Positions 43,846 through 59,556 of a stretch of 64,000 bases of DNA are shown here, piece after piece. Origin of the DNA: the human T2T-CHM13v2.0 reference genome, Homo sapiens. The stretch lies in assembly GCF_009914755.1 (NCBI RefSeq), contig NC_060940.1. One strand, written 5' to 3'. The position numbers were made by a program, and so were the translations under genes. The notes under the pieces were generated by a model. The model ran no database searches. It was not told the DNA's origin and saw only the letters and a list, made by a program, of their open reading frames with translations. Position 1 is the first letter of the stretch, and each line of letters starts with the position of its first letter.

Positions 43846-46800
43846 GGAATATTATTTAGCCTTTAATAAAAAGGAAATTCTGCCATTTGTGACAACATGG
43901 ACGAACCTGGAAGGCATTGTTAAGTGAAATACTCCAGAGACAGAAAGACAAACACTGTATGATCTTACTCATATGTGGCAAGTAAATAGTGAAACTCAGA
44001 TGCAGGGAATAGAATAGTGGTTGACAGGAACTAGGGAGAGGGAAAAATTAGAAGTGATGGTTAAAAGACACATAGATTCTCTTACGCAAGATAAATATAT
44101 TCTGGATATCTATTATAAAGTATAATGTCTATAGCTAACAATACTTCATTGTATACTTGAAATTTGCTAAGAGGCTGTATCTTATATAAAGTGTTCCTAC
44201 CAAAAATAAACACATACCCATAAAACCCCGATGATAATAATAAAGGAGGTGGGAAGAAACTTTGAGAGGTGATAGACACACCCTCTTTAGGGGTGGTGGT
44301 GGTTTCACAGGTGTATCCTTATCCCCAAACTCATCGAGATGTATGTACTAAATATGTTTCACTATTTAAATGTCAATCACACCTCAGTAAGGTGTTTTTT
44401 AAAATACATTTATATTTTCTCTCATATTTCCCGATGTCATTACTTCACTTAAGCCTGAAAGATTCCTTTGAATATTTCTTATAGGGCAAGTGTACTAGCA
44501 ACAATCTTTGTTTGTTGTTGATCTCTTTGAGTTCATCTGACTTGAAGTTTATATTGAGCTTCATGAATGATTGGATTAATAGATTAATCTATTAATCCAT
44601 TAATTATAGATTAACTATTAATTATAGATTAATGTTTTCTTTCAAGTTCAGAAAATTTATTCCATTATTTCTACAAATATTAATTTTTCCCATTTCCTAT
44701 CTCTTCTCCTTCTAAAATTCCCATTATGCATATATTTTTGTGTCTGATGATATATTATCTGAGGTCTTTGGTCTTAAGCTCTGTTCATTTTTCTTTCTTT
44801 TATTTTTCTTTCTTTTTTTTCTGAGATCTGAGACTGTTCATTTTTCTTTTTTTTCCTGTTCTTCCGTTAAGTGGATAATCAACACATTTTTAGTTTACTA
44901 ATTATTTCGTCTGCCAGATCACATCTGCTATAGACCCCTACTAGCGAATATTTTATTTCAGTTATTGTACTTTTGGACTCCACAATTTTTATTTGTTTTC
45001 AAATTTTATCTCTTTGTTGATATTGTTTCTTTCTAAATTTTTATGTTTTATATTTAGACATGATTATATGTAGTTGTTTGAACATATTTCAAATAACTGT
45101 TCTAAATAACTTTTTATTAGGAATATTAATAAAATTTAAAATATTAACAACAATATTTTTACTTTGAATCTACTGTTTGGGCCTCCTGAGATGCAGTTTC
45201 TGTTGACTGCATTGTTTCTCTCTGTGAGTGAGACTTACTTTCTTGTTTCTTTGCATATCTAATGACTTTTTGTTAAAAAGTAGCTATTTAAAAATATGTA
45301 ATGTGGCAACTTTGAAAATCATATTTTCTTCCCTTCCAAGCTTTTGATCTGTTGTTACTTTATATTGCTGTCGGTATTACTGTTTGCTTATTTAGTGAAT
45401 TTCATGAATTAATTCGATGACGCCTCTATCCTTTGTAGTGTATACCTGCTAAAGTTTCTGCTAAGTTAGCTTAGTGGTCAGCTAATGGTTGGACAGTAAT
45501 GTCCTCAAAGGCCTTTGATCAATAAGTCTTCCTGCATTTGCAGAGGGTTCTAGGTGTCTTGAGGTTTACTTTCAAGGCTCAGTCAGAAAATATAAAATTC
45601 TGTCTTATTCTTTACTTTCTACTTTCTCAAAGTAAACCAGAGCTGAGAGCCTTGGATATTCTCAGGTTTTTCTGTTTTATGCTAAAACTCCTTGATGTGC
45701 ACACAACCCTATACCTGCATTTGAAGCTTCATCCAAAGCCTGCTATGAACATTTCATTCCCAAGCCTTCTCTTTCGGGTATTTTAGTCAGCCTCTTTTTA
45801 TCGCTGTTATCACTACCTCAGAAAGAGGTGGTGCAGAACCATTATCTCTCTTTGGATTCAACAGATTCCCTCCAGGGAAATGACTGTTTGCCTTGACTGA
45901 GGACTAAGGTCAAATAAAACAAGAAATCCTCCCTGTGAGTGGGAATTCCTAGGAAGCATCCAGAGTGATCAAATAATGACAATTCTCTGGGAGTGGAGCA
46001 TTTGGGAAGCTTCAGTCCTGTTTTATCCCTGCCAATGTCTGCTTGGCTGCTGGCGTTCATTGTGATCATGGGCCTACTGGTTTCCAAGGCTACAATGGAG
46101 GCGATAGAGTGGGATGGAAATAAGACAGAATACTACAAAGCTCATTACCCCTACCAAGATTCAGCTGTTTTGTTTTTGTATTTGTTTTTTAATAAACACT
46201 TCTTGGATTGTCGCAAAAAAAATGGTTAAAGCGTTCTAAAGAATTGATTTTGATCATTTTAATCTGTGTTGTCTTTCTTTTATGAAGTAACAAGTATTTG
46301 GAGATACTTACTCCATCATCCTCACTGACATAATTCTAATCTATTTCCCTTTGGACTATGTATAGGCAGCTTCATAAAAAAGCAAATTGAGTTGTTAGAT
46401 TTTTCTTAAAAAGTTTATCACAAAATATATTCATACTAGGATAAATTTTAAAATAATTGATCATAGAGAAATCAGTGAAACAGTTTTATTTGGAAAAATG
46501 AGACAACTTAATAAAGAATAACAATCATGAAAAACAGTTTTAAGAGGATAACTGTATTTATATGATTGTCACTGTAAAATAGAATTATTACTATTCAATA
46601 TTATATTCTATTATGAATATATGAATAATGAATAATGAATGTAATTAATTGAATAGAAATAATTCTATGTGTATATATATAATAATTGAATATAATTAAT
46701 TGAATAGTCATATAGTCAAAAGACAAAGCCCAAAATTAAATAACTTCATTTACAGCAGCTTAGGAAAAAAAATATTTGATGGAATTCTTATATGTTGAGA

Positions 46801-46911
46801 AGAAGCCTTTTTTGTCCTCAAAATTTAACACACACTCTCATTCACTCTCCATATTTCAGGGACAAAATTAATATTATTAAAATTAAATTCATACATATAT
46901 ATGCATACCTA

Positions 46912-48335
<1,424 letters not shown>

Positions 48336-49560
48336 TATAAACCCGATTCTCTTGATAACTTTTGTCGTGACCTTAGGAAAACTGTTTCCTTTACCTCCTC
48401 CTGTTCTTTTTTTCTCAATTTGTAAAATGGGAATAGTAATAGCTATACTGCCTTTCAAAAAATAAGAAACTAGTATATATTTTAAAAAGATATTTGTTAC
48501 AGGAAATTGTTTACATAGCTAATGAATGAAACAACAAGTTAGTGAAGAGATATGAGACAACTCAGAATTTAGCAAACAAGGAGGCACTATCACTCCAAAG
48601 ATTTGGAGGGAAAAGAAGGAAGGGTTTTACTAGAGCTCAGAAGTAGATCTGTTTGTGAATGTCACAGAAGAGTTGGCAGAGGAAATTCAGGCCCTATTTA
48701 TATTTAATATCATCACAGAAAAATCTTTTTAAACAAAATATGGACCTCATTTAACCTAAACTGACCTGTTGTTTGATATCTCCTTAGGACAATAAAGTTT
48801 TCCAAACTTTGTGCCTGACCCATCACATCAATGTATTTGCTTCTGGGTACGGAGGAGTGTTACTCCTTGAGGAGTAAGGTTCATTCAGATCTGAGAAATG
48901 GACTCAGTTGTCAAGCCATAGGTATTGTTGGATGAAAAACACTAAAGAGAGACAGAGGGAGAGAGAAAGAGAGAAACAGAGACTTTATTATTTACTCCCC
49001 CATCTAGAAGCACTTGTGTCATAACGATAACTGTAGATGTGAACTTGAATTGTGCCTTTGCCACTGGGTTGACCTGTATCATGAGTAAAATGAAGAACTT
49101 CTTTCAGCACCAAGTCTCTTACCTTTCAAATGTAGGGGCAATTATGCTTATTATATCTTGCCTGAGTGACAGGTACTACTGTCTGTAAGGTTTCTTTTTA
49201 AAATGAAATTACATAGGATCATGCATTTTAAGGCAAGAACATAGCATTGTTAATAAATGATACAAACTGCAACTAGTGAAATCTTAAAAAGACCCTGTAT
49301 TCTGGTATGCCCACATTTGTAGTCCTTGACTTGTCTATCTCCTGAGCCCCAGTTGTTACTAAGTTGTAAGCATTTTGGAACTTGGCATCCTTCAAGACTC
49401 TGAACTGCTGTACTCTGATATTTAAAATCGACTCTAAATATCTTGGAAATTGTTTGGAATAATCTCAAGTAAAGTAGCAAATTGTAAGTATTATTTAAAG
49501 GCTTTATCAAGATTTAAGGTTTTGTAAATAAAGTGGGTGTACTAGAAAGTACAGAACTTA

Positions 49561-50098
49561 GTATTCAGAGTAGCAATAGATAAATAACAAATTATCTCAA
49601 AATTTATTGGCTAAAATGAACAAAAACTATTCTATCCCACAAATACTGTGGTAGAATAATTCAAGATAGGCTTTGATTGGTGGTTCTGACTTTATATCTT
49701 ACATGTAATTACAGTCAGATGGTGGTTGGAGCTAGAAGAGCAGGTCTGAGAGAGCTGGGCATCTTTTTCTCTTAATGTAGTCTTAGAACCAATGTGCTTT
49801 TTTTTGTTTGTTTTTTGTTTTTTTGCATGTGGAATAATTTGAGCTTCCTTGCAACATGGTGAGCTCAGAACAGTCAGACAGCTTACATAACAGTTATGAT
49901 CACTGAGGACAGACACTACCTGAGAGAAAAATGAAAGCTGGGTTCTGATCCTGACCTAATGTACAATTGCTTGTATTACAGGCTCTTGGTTGAAACAGCC
50001 TGAGCCCACATGGTTTCAAGGGGAAGGAGGTGAGAAGGATTCCATCTCTCACTAAGACAAGTACCAACATATTTGACTGCTTCTTTTAAAATCACTAA
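49561..50098 (-). mobile_element. MaLR LTR (MLT1H/G-like)
   Basis: cagtcagatggtggttggagctaga, gagcttccttgcaacatggtg and ggtttcaaggggaagg. Confidence 0.65.
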
Positions 50099-50989
50099 AA
50101 AAAGATTCTATTCTCTCCACTTTCATAAATCAATCCCTGTTGCCTTATCAGAAAAACTAGCTTTAAAATGAGTTAATCCAAAGCAAGTAAAACAGAGACT
50201 AGTATATAATAAATTCTACAAAAAAACACAGCTACTAGTAACACTAGCTTAATTAATAAACATAGATATTTGCTTTTTACTAAAAAATCGAGGGCTTTTC
50301 AAGTGAAAAGGTATACATAATTTTCTGATTAATATTATGTAATTATCTTTACCCAGCTACTGGTGAATAGTGAGGGTTATTCCTAAGTTTTTTCAGGTGT
50401 CCATTAAGTTTTCTCATTTTTATTTTAGTCTTTGCTTAATGGACCAAGAATTGACTGATTGAGAAAGAAATCAAGACACATTAGCACTTTAAATCCAATG
50501 TTTGAAATAAGCAGATGCCTAAAGGGATCTGAGAGATGACAGAAAGAAAGACAGAGAGAGAGAGAAAGCGAGCATGCAAATGGGTTTAAAGAAAGTCTGG
50601 CTTTTCTTTAATGTACTATGTCTGGCTTTAAGTCTCTCAATCATCTTTAGACAGTAATTAGTAGAGCAGATTCAAGTCTCTTCGAATGCCATTGGAGCTC
50701 AAGTCCACGGAAGAAAATGCAAATTGACAGTAGAAATGTTCAACACTGTTAAAGCTCTACATTATAAATATTTCAATGAGGTAAAACAAGAGAGCAAAGA
50801 CAGAATCCACAGACATGCCTGCTATAAAGCAACATGAAACGCAACGCAAAATAAAATGAAAAACCAATGGAGAGGTTGGAAAGAAAATACTTGCAGACAG
50901 ATTTTTTTTGTAGCCTTGTTATTTTCCTTATACCACTATTAGATTTAGAGCTCCATAAAGACAGGTATCTTTTATAATAAAGATAAATA

Positions 50990-51260
50990 ATGACAGATAT
51001 TAAAATTATGTATACATAAATTATATACATAATTTATTTATAGTATAATATATAAAATTAAATATATAATATATAAATTATATGTGGAAATAATGTATTC
51101 ATAAATTATAACATATATTTTACCACACTTTAAATCAATGTAGCCATATTATAAATATAATAAATATATAAACATTGTATTTATAATAGTAATAGATACT
51201 ATTATCTAAATAAATTTATTTAAATGAATAGTAAATAATGAATAGTAATTATAGATCAAT
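50990..51260. repeat. AT-rich low-complexity tract
   Basis: Read directly. Confidence 0.8.
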
Positions 51261-51284
51261 AGAGATATCCTGACCTAATTAAAT

Positions 51285-53500
51285 CAAATTTATATATCAT
51301 AAAATTCAACCATTTAAGGGATACAATTCAGTGGGGTATTTTTTTAGTATATTATCACAGTTGAGCAGACATTATTACATCCAATTTTAGAATATTTTTA
51401 TTACTCTTAAAAAAAAAAAACCTGTACACTTGAGCAGTCCCACTGCATAATTCCCTATATTTCCAGCCATCAGGAACCATTATTATCCTTTCCATCTCCA
51501 GAGACTGGTGTGGACATTTTATATAAAAGGTGCAATATGCGGTCTTTTGTGCTTGGCCTCTTTCACTTAGCATAGGGTTTTCCAGGCACATCCATTTTGT
51601 AGCATATACTACTATCTCAATTCTTTTGTTGCTGACTAATAATATTCCATCATTGGGATATGTCACATTTTATTCATCCATTCATCAATAGATTACCACT
51701 TAAATTATTTCTGTTTGGTTATTATAAATGATGCTGTTATAAATATTTATGTATAAGTTGTGATGTTGACATATATTTTTAATTCTTTAGCTTATATAGA
51801 TAGGAATGAAATTGCTGTGTCATATGGTAACTTTTTCGTTTTTGTGTTTTTAAATCTAATGGGTTTCTCCAGTAGACAACATGAGCAGAATTTTATTTTT
51901 TTATCAAGGCTGACAATTTTTTTTTGGATTGAACAATTTATTCAATTTTTATTTCAGGTAATTATTGACATAGTTTATGTGCTTTTAGAGTTTATTAAAT
52001 TATGCTTTTATTTACCATTTCTGTTTCTCTTCATCTATTCTTTTTTATTTTATTATTCTTATTTATTATATTTACCACCTGATGCCACATGCTTACAATT
52101 ACACATCTTTGCTTCCACCCATCTTCTTTATGCTATTATTGTAAAATATATCTCTATGTAATATATACACCATATAATATTTTATAATTATTTTTCCCGA
52201 CAAGAGATTTTTAAATCAGTTAAGAAAATAAAGGCAGGTAAATATTATGTACAGTACCTTTACTGGTACGCCAGTGTTGTTTGGTTCATTTCCTAATGAA
52301 TTTAAATTACTGTCTTTTTTATTTGCTTTCATCCTGAAAAGTTTTCTTTAATATGTTTTACAAGTCTGCTGGCAACACATTGCCTCAGTTTTTATTTACA
52401 ATGAATTGCTCTTATTTCATCTTAATTTCAAAATATAGTTTTGCTGGGTTTTGGCTGATGTTTTTCTTCTCTTGTAGCATTTTGAGTATGTCATATAACT
52501 GTTTTTTACCCTTTATTTTGCCTAATGAGAAGTTGGTTCTTGATTTTATTGGAGTCCTTTTGTACATATGAATTGTTTTCTTTTTCTAATTTCAAGATAT
52601 TTTTCATAGTTTTTGTTTTTTATTATTTTTACTGTGATGTTTTTAGATGTAAATTTCTTTGTGTTTATCTTACTTAGAGTTCAATGGGGTTTTTAGATTT
52701 GTAGATTCAGGTTTTTCCCAAAATTTGAAACATTTTCAGCCATTGTATCTTTGAGTATTTTTCTGCTCTTTTCTTTCTCTTCTGGTACTCTCATTGTACA
52801 TACACTGACACACTTAATTAATGGTGTCCTAAATTTCTCTAAAGCTCTGATTATTCTTCTTTAGTTTTTTCCCCTCATTGTCTTTTGGATTCCATAATCT
52901 GTATCAATATGTCTCTGCATTTCTGATTATTTATTCTTTCAATTCAGATACACTTTTGAGATTCTAGTATACTTTTTTATAGAAACTAACATAATTTTAC
53001 ATTATAGTACAGAAATGATGATCTGCTATTTGTTGGATAGGACCTCCATTATATGAGTGTGGGATAGATGTAAGAACAGAGCCCTTGATCTCTTGGGTTC
53101 ATTCATCTGAAGCTTATTCTCTGCAATATGAAACTGAGGGGTGGGAATAAAAAATTCTGGTGGCCTATTCCTCCTGATGAGATGCTATAGTGCCTACTTG
53201 AGATCTAAGAAGGAGGAAGCCTCATTTTTTTTGCCCACATAACCTGGAGTTTCTATAATGTTAATCTGGGGTAAAGAAGAGTGAAGCAGTGAGTCATGGG
53301 TCATGTTCCACTAACCCTCACTCTTCTCATTGGAATTTAGTAGGTTCTGTTGAAGGAATGTTCCTTCATTTGCTGCAAGCCCCCAAGATAGATTTCATAC
53401 ACTTTATGTGTTTATTTTTAATAATTGTCAACAGTTACAGTTTTACAGAGGACCAGATTCATGAAGGTTATCCTACAACCATGCTGGGAGTTGTCTCAAA
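51285..53500 (-). mobile_element. L1MB/L1M-like: 3' UTR joined to ORF1/5' region (large internal gap near 51845)
   Basis: cataaaattcaaccatttaagggatacaattcagtg (3' UTR, antisense), then antisense ORF1 and 5' UTR-type sequence. Confidence 0.7.
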
Positions 53501-54140
53501 ATAGTTACACTTTTGTATTGTTCCTGATTTATGTATAGGTACACAAAACCTAGCACTTATCAGATGTTCACAGAATGCTTTTTGTAAAATAAAAGGAAAA
53601 AAAAGAAAAGAAAAAATAATAAGTGAACAAGGCTAAGGAATTCTAATATATTGACCAGCATTAAATGCTAGTGAAGTTGACTGCTCCCACATAAATAGGC
53701 TCAACACTATAGAAATATTAACTCAGGTTCTTTTTTTCTAATTTTGAAAATAGCATGTAAAGAGTATGCTTGGTTTCAGTTCTAAACAGCATCTGTAGAT
53801 CAGAATCTAAGTGTGCCAACAAAGTAGATTGGATCACCATGAAAGCGAGATAACTCTGCCCTCCGCACCTTTTTCAACCAATAAGAATCTTTCAATATAG
53901 ATTACTCTGTGCCTTCAAGAGAAACTTGGCTCCTTGTCAATTCAAACTGGAAAAAAAATGCACAGAGGAGAGTGAACACCTTCTCTGTTAACATGCTGAG
54001 GAAAATTTTACAATGAATCTTTACACAGTATTTCCAAAAAAACAAAAATTTATTTTTATTTCTTTGATAAAAATGAGTCTTCTGCCCTGTTAGGTGTCTG
54101 GATATTTCACCTGTAATACTCATAAAAAATGAGAATTCCC

Positions 54141-54443
54141 GGCTGGGCGTGGTGGCTCATGCCTGTAATCCCATCACTTTTGGGAGGCAGAGGCGGGCAG
54201 ATCACTTGAGGTCAGGAGTTCGAGACAAGCCTGGCCAACATAGTGAAACCCTGTCTCTATTAAAATACAAAATTAGCTGGGCATGATGGTGCATACCTGT
54301 AATCCCAGGTACTCAGGAGGCTGAGGCAGGAGAATCACTTCAACCTGGGGGGAGGAAGTTGCAGTGAGCCAAGATCATGGCATTGCACTCCAGCCTGCCC
54401 AAAAAAGAGAAACTCCATCTCAAAAAAAAAAAAAAAAAAAAAA
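54141..54443 (+). mobile_element. AluSx/Sz
   Basis: Full dimer with gatcacttgaggtcaggagttcgagac and an A tail. Confidence 0.95.
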
Positions 54444-56510
54444 GATAATTCAGGCTCTCATATAAGCTAATAAGTGAAGAATTCTAATAAGTGAAGCTAT
54501 TAAGTGAAGATGTATAAGTCAGGAATATCTGGAATCAATGCATTTATTTTTCTTTTCCATAGTTACTGCATATCCTTTCAGTCATGGGAATAAAGTAAAT
54601 CCATAGCATTTAAAATATATATTTAGTTCTGATCCTCAGCTTCTGTTGCTAATCTATAAAAATGGGCGCTTTCAACCATGAGACTAAAACACCCTGGAAC
54701 TTACTAAGCATTATTTAATAAACTCTTAGCCTTTTGCATTTCTTTTTGTTTTAGTACGTATTTTTCACTTTTAGTTTATCTGAAATCTGGCATTCGGATA
54801 GCCAAAAAAAAAAAAAAAGCATAATTTTCTTCCTTTTACATTGAAAAACAAAACAACTCAAATGCATTTCTATTGTTGGTTCTGCTACAATAATGAAACA
54901 AAAGTGTTTTAAAAATAAAATAGTATAGCAGGAAATGGGCTTTATACCAGATGTGTCTCACAAATTTCAGCTTTCCCATTCTTTAGTCAAAGGCCTTAGA
55001 TAATTACTTTTTTGCAACATCATAATAATATCTTTATTATATTTTACAATAATTTAGCTTGGGATGTTTGTCTTTTCTGACATGTTATATAGGGAAACCT
55101 CTATTCCTGAAAAAACTCTACATTGAAAGGGGGAAATGGGTCAATATCACATGAAATATCTTTTTATATTAGAATTCTTTCTTAGCCACAACTGCAGTCA
55201 TCATTTACATCAATCAGTTTCTCAGGGACTGTGAAATTCTAGAATGTAGCAGTAATGCTTATCAAATAATCATCTCTCAAATAATAATCGATTGTCCGTG
55301 ACCAATTGAGTTTCTTACTCACTGTTAATACAAAATAATCACGAGAGTTTTAAAGAAACCATAATCAAAGCAATATCTCCAACATGTGAACTTGTGATCA
55401 CTGTTTTTAAAAATGTTTTTATCAATTAGCAAATGAGGGAGAAGTGTTTTTTCAAGACATGTTATAATATAAAACCCTTCCCCCAACTTTTCTTTAGTAC
55501 ACTGAAATTCATTTCTAAATTCAAGTAATAGTCATTTAATAGAATGCCAAGATTATACCCTGACAGTCATCACAATTTGTATTTCTGAAGTCACAAAATC
55601 AGACCTATACACTCTATAAATAACAAATACAATCTATATTGAATACATTTGTAAAGTCACAGTCATAATTTCTGTTGTTTATACTTTGTAAATCACATAT
55701 ATATTCCGTGTTACTCAATTATCTTAGTGCAAACAGAGCATGTCCGAAGGAAGGATATCAGGATGTGAGAAGATTTCGAAGCAAGCCCTGCACGCAGTCA
55801 TTGAAAGTACTTTTTCATTTTGATTTTCCTAAGAAAAAGAAAACCCTTAATGAAGATCGCGATTTTCTTAAACCATCACAGTGTTTCATGGGAAAGAATA
55901 ACATGCTATCTTTGTGACTCTAAAACAGAGTAAATGCCCTATGTATTCAGGAAAACATACTGATATAATGGAAAGCAAACACTTAAAACAACCAGAAATG
56001 GAAAAAGATGTCTCAGTGGTTTGGGATACCACTTAAATACATGGGAATCTATGTATTCATAGACGTTCAAGTGCCAGATTTCAGATAAACCTATCAGAAC
56101 CTTTTAACCCCGAGACCCTAGAATTAGCTAATTTGTCCTTTCTCTTTCTCTTGTTGTTGTTTAATGTGATTTTCAGTGCATTGTTTTCTCCAGGCATCAA
56201 TTCTGAGACCTAAGTATGTCCTCCAAATTTAGACTTAGATGAATCCATTTCGACTTTTTACTGTCATCCTTTCTTCTCCCAAAAATTTCATTTTTTTTCT
56301 CTCTACCCTTTCTGATTTGCCATAACATTTACCTTAAAGGATTGTCTTAAAGGGTTCTCTTTATTGTCTTTTTTTCTCTATCAGCAGCATTAAAACAAGT
56401 AAAAGAGCACTGTTTTGCTCCCTGAAGCCTGAATTCAAAGTTTCTTAACATAACCTATCTACCTATTTTCAATGAAGTTCACATTCTCTATTATCAGACT
56501 ATCTAAATTA

Positions 56511-56874
56511 CATGATTTGCCCTTTCCCACAGGGGAACCATTCAAAGACCCCTAGGGGATTGCTGAAATAGTGGAGAGTACTTGAACCCAAGCACTGTGA
56601 TGGTGCAACAGCTGATCTGATAACCAAGAAGCCTCCTAAGTCTAATGTTCTGGGGGCCTCTACAGCGTGGATACAGTGGGCAAAGAGATGATTTGTATCC
56701 CAGGCAGGAAGGAGCGGGATGGCGCAAGATTTCATCAGGCTACTTAGAAGAACGGGCAATTTAAACCTCAGGAATGGCTTATTTCTGGAATATTTCATTT
56801 AGTATTTTCAGATCATGGTTGACCACAGGTAAAAAACTACAGAAAGCAAAGCCATGGATAAGGGCAGACTACTG
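56511..56874 (-). mobile_element. MER44 (Tigger7-derived)
   Basis: ctgatctgataacc, tctacagcgtggatac and aagatttcatca. Ends ggataagggcagactactg|TA. Confidence 0.85.
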
Positions 56875-57112
56875 TACTTCAAACATCACAGTTATGTTTA
56901 AATATACAAAGAAGAAAGGATATCAAGCTTTATTTCATGTTCAGAATATCCACAGCCCTCTAATAAGCAATTTATGGCAATCGTGTTATTTAATTTGTAT
57001 AACAACCATAACAATAGATATTCTTTTTTTAGCAGAATACCAGTGTTCAGCAGATCAAATAATTTTCCCATGTCACAGGTGTACTTTGACTCCTAATTGC
57101 ATTCACACTCCA

Positions 57113-57294
57113 CAAGCTCCACCTCCCTTGTTCACGTCATTCTCCTGCCTCAGCCTCCTGAGTAGCTGGGACTACAGTTGCCCACCACCACGCCCAGCTA
57201 ACTTTTTTGTATTTTTAGTAGAGACGGGGTTTCACCGTGTTAGGATGGTCTCAATCTCCTGACCTCATGATCCGCCCGCCTCGGCCTCCCAAAG
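57113..57294 (-). mobile_element. AluY fragment truncated at both ends
   Basis: caagctcc, ttcacgtcattctcc and accgtgttaggatggtctc. No poly-T and no TSD. Confidence 0.9.
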
Positions 57295-57355
57295 GTATGC
57301 TGTTTTAATAACATAGCTATGAATCCTATACAAAGTCGTTTCTGTTACAATATAT

Positions 57356-57447
57356 TGATTAAGGCAGTAACAGAAGAGAGGAGAAATAAATCTCCATTCT
57401 GTGATTAAGGCAGTAACAAAAGAGAGGAGAAATAAATCTCCATTCTG
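57356..57447. repeat. 46-bp tandem duplication
   Basis: tgattaaggcagtaaca(g/a)aagagaggagaaataaatctccattctg x2, one mismatch. Confidence 0.97.
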
Positions 57448-59044
57448 GCCAGATACCACAAGAGCATGTGGTAATGAAATATCATTCTGCATATTTTAGA
57501 CAACATGTTCTTCTACATTACCTAAACAAGTTTACCTATGGTACAAAGCAGACTTTTTCTACTATTCTGAATTGTTTAATTGTTTTTCTTTTTCACTTGT
57601 TGATATGGACCTTAGAGTGTCAGCATGGACCAAAAGCGTTCCACAGATCAAATTGAGTCTCATTGGATCTCATTAAGTACAACTGTTAGATCCTTGACTG
57701 TTGTCTTAACAATTCTCACTGACGTTGGAATCAACCAGCAAAGTGCCACATTGATTTTCCAACTCTGGCTTTTAATATAACTGGATTTGCACCGAGTGCC
57801 CAAGAAAAACTGAAAATGCCATTCACTCCTCTATAACATAATGTGATTGCATCACAGTAAAATATTTGATGTTTAATAACAACTACAGTTGCATTTCTGC
57901 CATTGTGTATTGCAGTACATACATAGAATGTGTTGTAATTCAGCATATCAACAACATGTTTCTCTCTAAAAGGGTGAAATTATTATTTTATTGTTCCCTA
58001 TTTTCTTTCTCCTTGTTTTCTGTAACATCAATCCTGAAAATACTACAGTCCTATAATGCCTTTTGTTCTAACTGTAGGTGTTTTCAAAATAATCAATATG
58101 TAATAATTAGAAATATATGAAGTATCAGAACTGAAGTGATTAAGGATAAATAAACAAGCAAACAAAGCCAAGGCTCACATTATGAAGTTTACAAAGCTAT
58201 GGTTAACGTTATCAAGTAAAGCTACTCTTGGTTTGCAATCAGTATCACATATTTATAAACTAATATTTGGTCCTCAAAATGTTTGCTGTGTTTGAAATCC
58301 TTCAAACACCCTCTTTTTCTTCACTTTATGTATTCTAACACTGATATCTTTCTTGCTTTATCTCACAAGAGCTGCTAAAGGAGTCTAGACTTTATGAAAA
58401 TGTGTGTTCTTGAGAATTTCCTTTCTCGAAACACAGAACAGATGAATAGATATACTTTGTTCTATTTCTTCTGCTAAGTACAACTAAAAACCTAGGGCAT
58501 TATATATAAGACACATATAAAAACATTGTGAAGGAGAGAAGAAGAGAAGAGTGCTGGGGAACCCTGGGCCTAAGGAATGCCACAGTAGTGAATTCCTTGG
58601 GTTTCCTTTTCACCTTATTTATCCCAGACCCAGAGCTAAAGAAGCCACCATCCCAGAAATGCCAACGGCTACAGACAAAAATCCCCAATTAAAGTCTGCT
58701 ATCTTTAGCTGAAAGGCCAGAAAAGGAACTTCTAGCAAGAAAGAAACATTTTAGAAAATAATCTACTTTAGTCAAACACCACAACAAAACTGTGGCCCCA
58801 CTCTCATTAACACTAGCAGAGTTGGAGTGATAAATCTAGACTTCCACCTCATTTACCACGCTGGAATGACGTTTCCCAACACCTGCACCAGAGTAGCATC
58901 AGAAAAGTGAGCCAGAACTTTCATCGCTATCACATGGTAGCTTTCATCTCCACTTCTCACATGGTATCAGAAGAGACATATGGTCAGCCTAGACTTCCAG
59001 CCCCGCACCCCCATGCCAGCAGTAACAAGGCACCCCTCACCTCC

Positions 59045-59556
59045 TGTTGGGAATAGACCCCCCAAAATCTGGCCTTAAACTGGCCCCAAAACTGGCCATA
59101 AACAAAATCTCTGCAGCACTGTGACATGTTCATGATAGCCATAACATCCACGCTGGAAGGTTGTGGGTTTACGGAATGCGGGCAAGGAACACCTGGCCCA
59201 CCCAGGGAGAAAAACTGCTTAAAGGCGTTCTTAAACCACAAACAACAGCATGAGCAATCTGTGCCTTAAGGACATGCTCCTACTGCAGATAACTAGCCCA
59301 ACCCATTCGTTTATTTCAGCCCATCCCTTCGTTTCCCATAAGGGATACTTTTAGTTAATCTAATATCTATAGAAACAATGCTAATGATTGGCTTGCTGTT
59401 AATAAATACGTGAGTTAATCTCTGTTTGGGGCTCTCAGCTCTGAAGGCTGTGAGACCCCTGGTTTCCCACTTAACACCTCTATATTTCTCTGTGTGTGTC
59501 TTTAATTCCTCTAGCGCCGCTAGGTTAGGGTCTCCCTGACCGAGCTGGTCTCGGCA
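59045..59556 (+). mobile_element. MER9 solo LTR (HERV-K9/HML-3)
   Basis: TGTTGGGAA...CTCGGCA, 512 bp. Contains aaactggccataaacaaaatctctgcagcactgtgacatg and AATAAA at 59401-59406. Perfect 6-bp TSD acctcc at 59039-59044 and 59557-59562. Confidence 0.95.

Noticed and set aside
51760-52571. Hydrophobic F/L/I-rich ORFs resembling membrane proteins
   Set aside because: This is T-rich antisense L1 sequence.
54464-54510. Three short taagtgaag repeats, superficially array-like
   Set aside because: Local slippage duplication with no spacers. Nothing CRISPR-like is present in this primate DNA.
56774-57262. 162-aa ORF
   Set aside because: It runs across MER44, unique sequence and an Alu fragment, with no recognisable domain.
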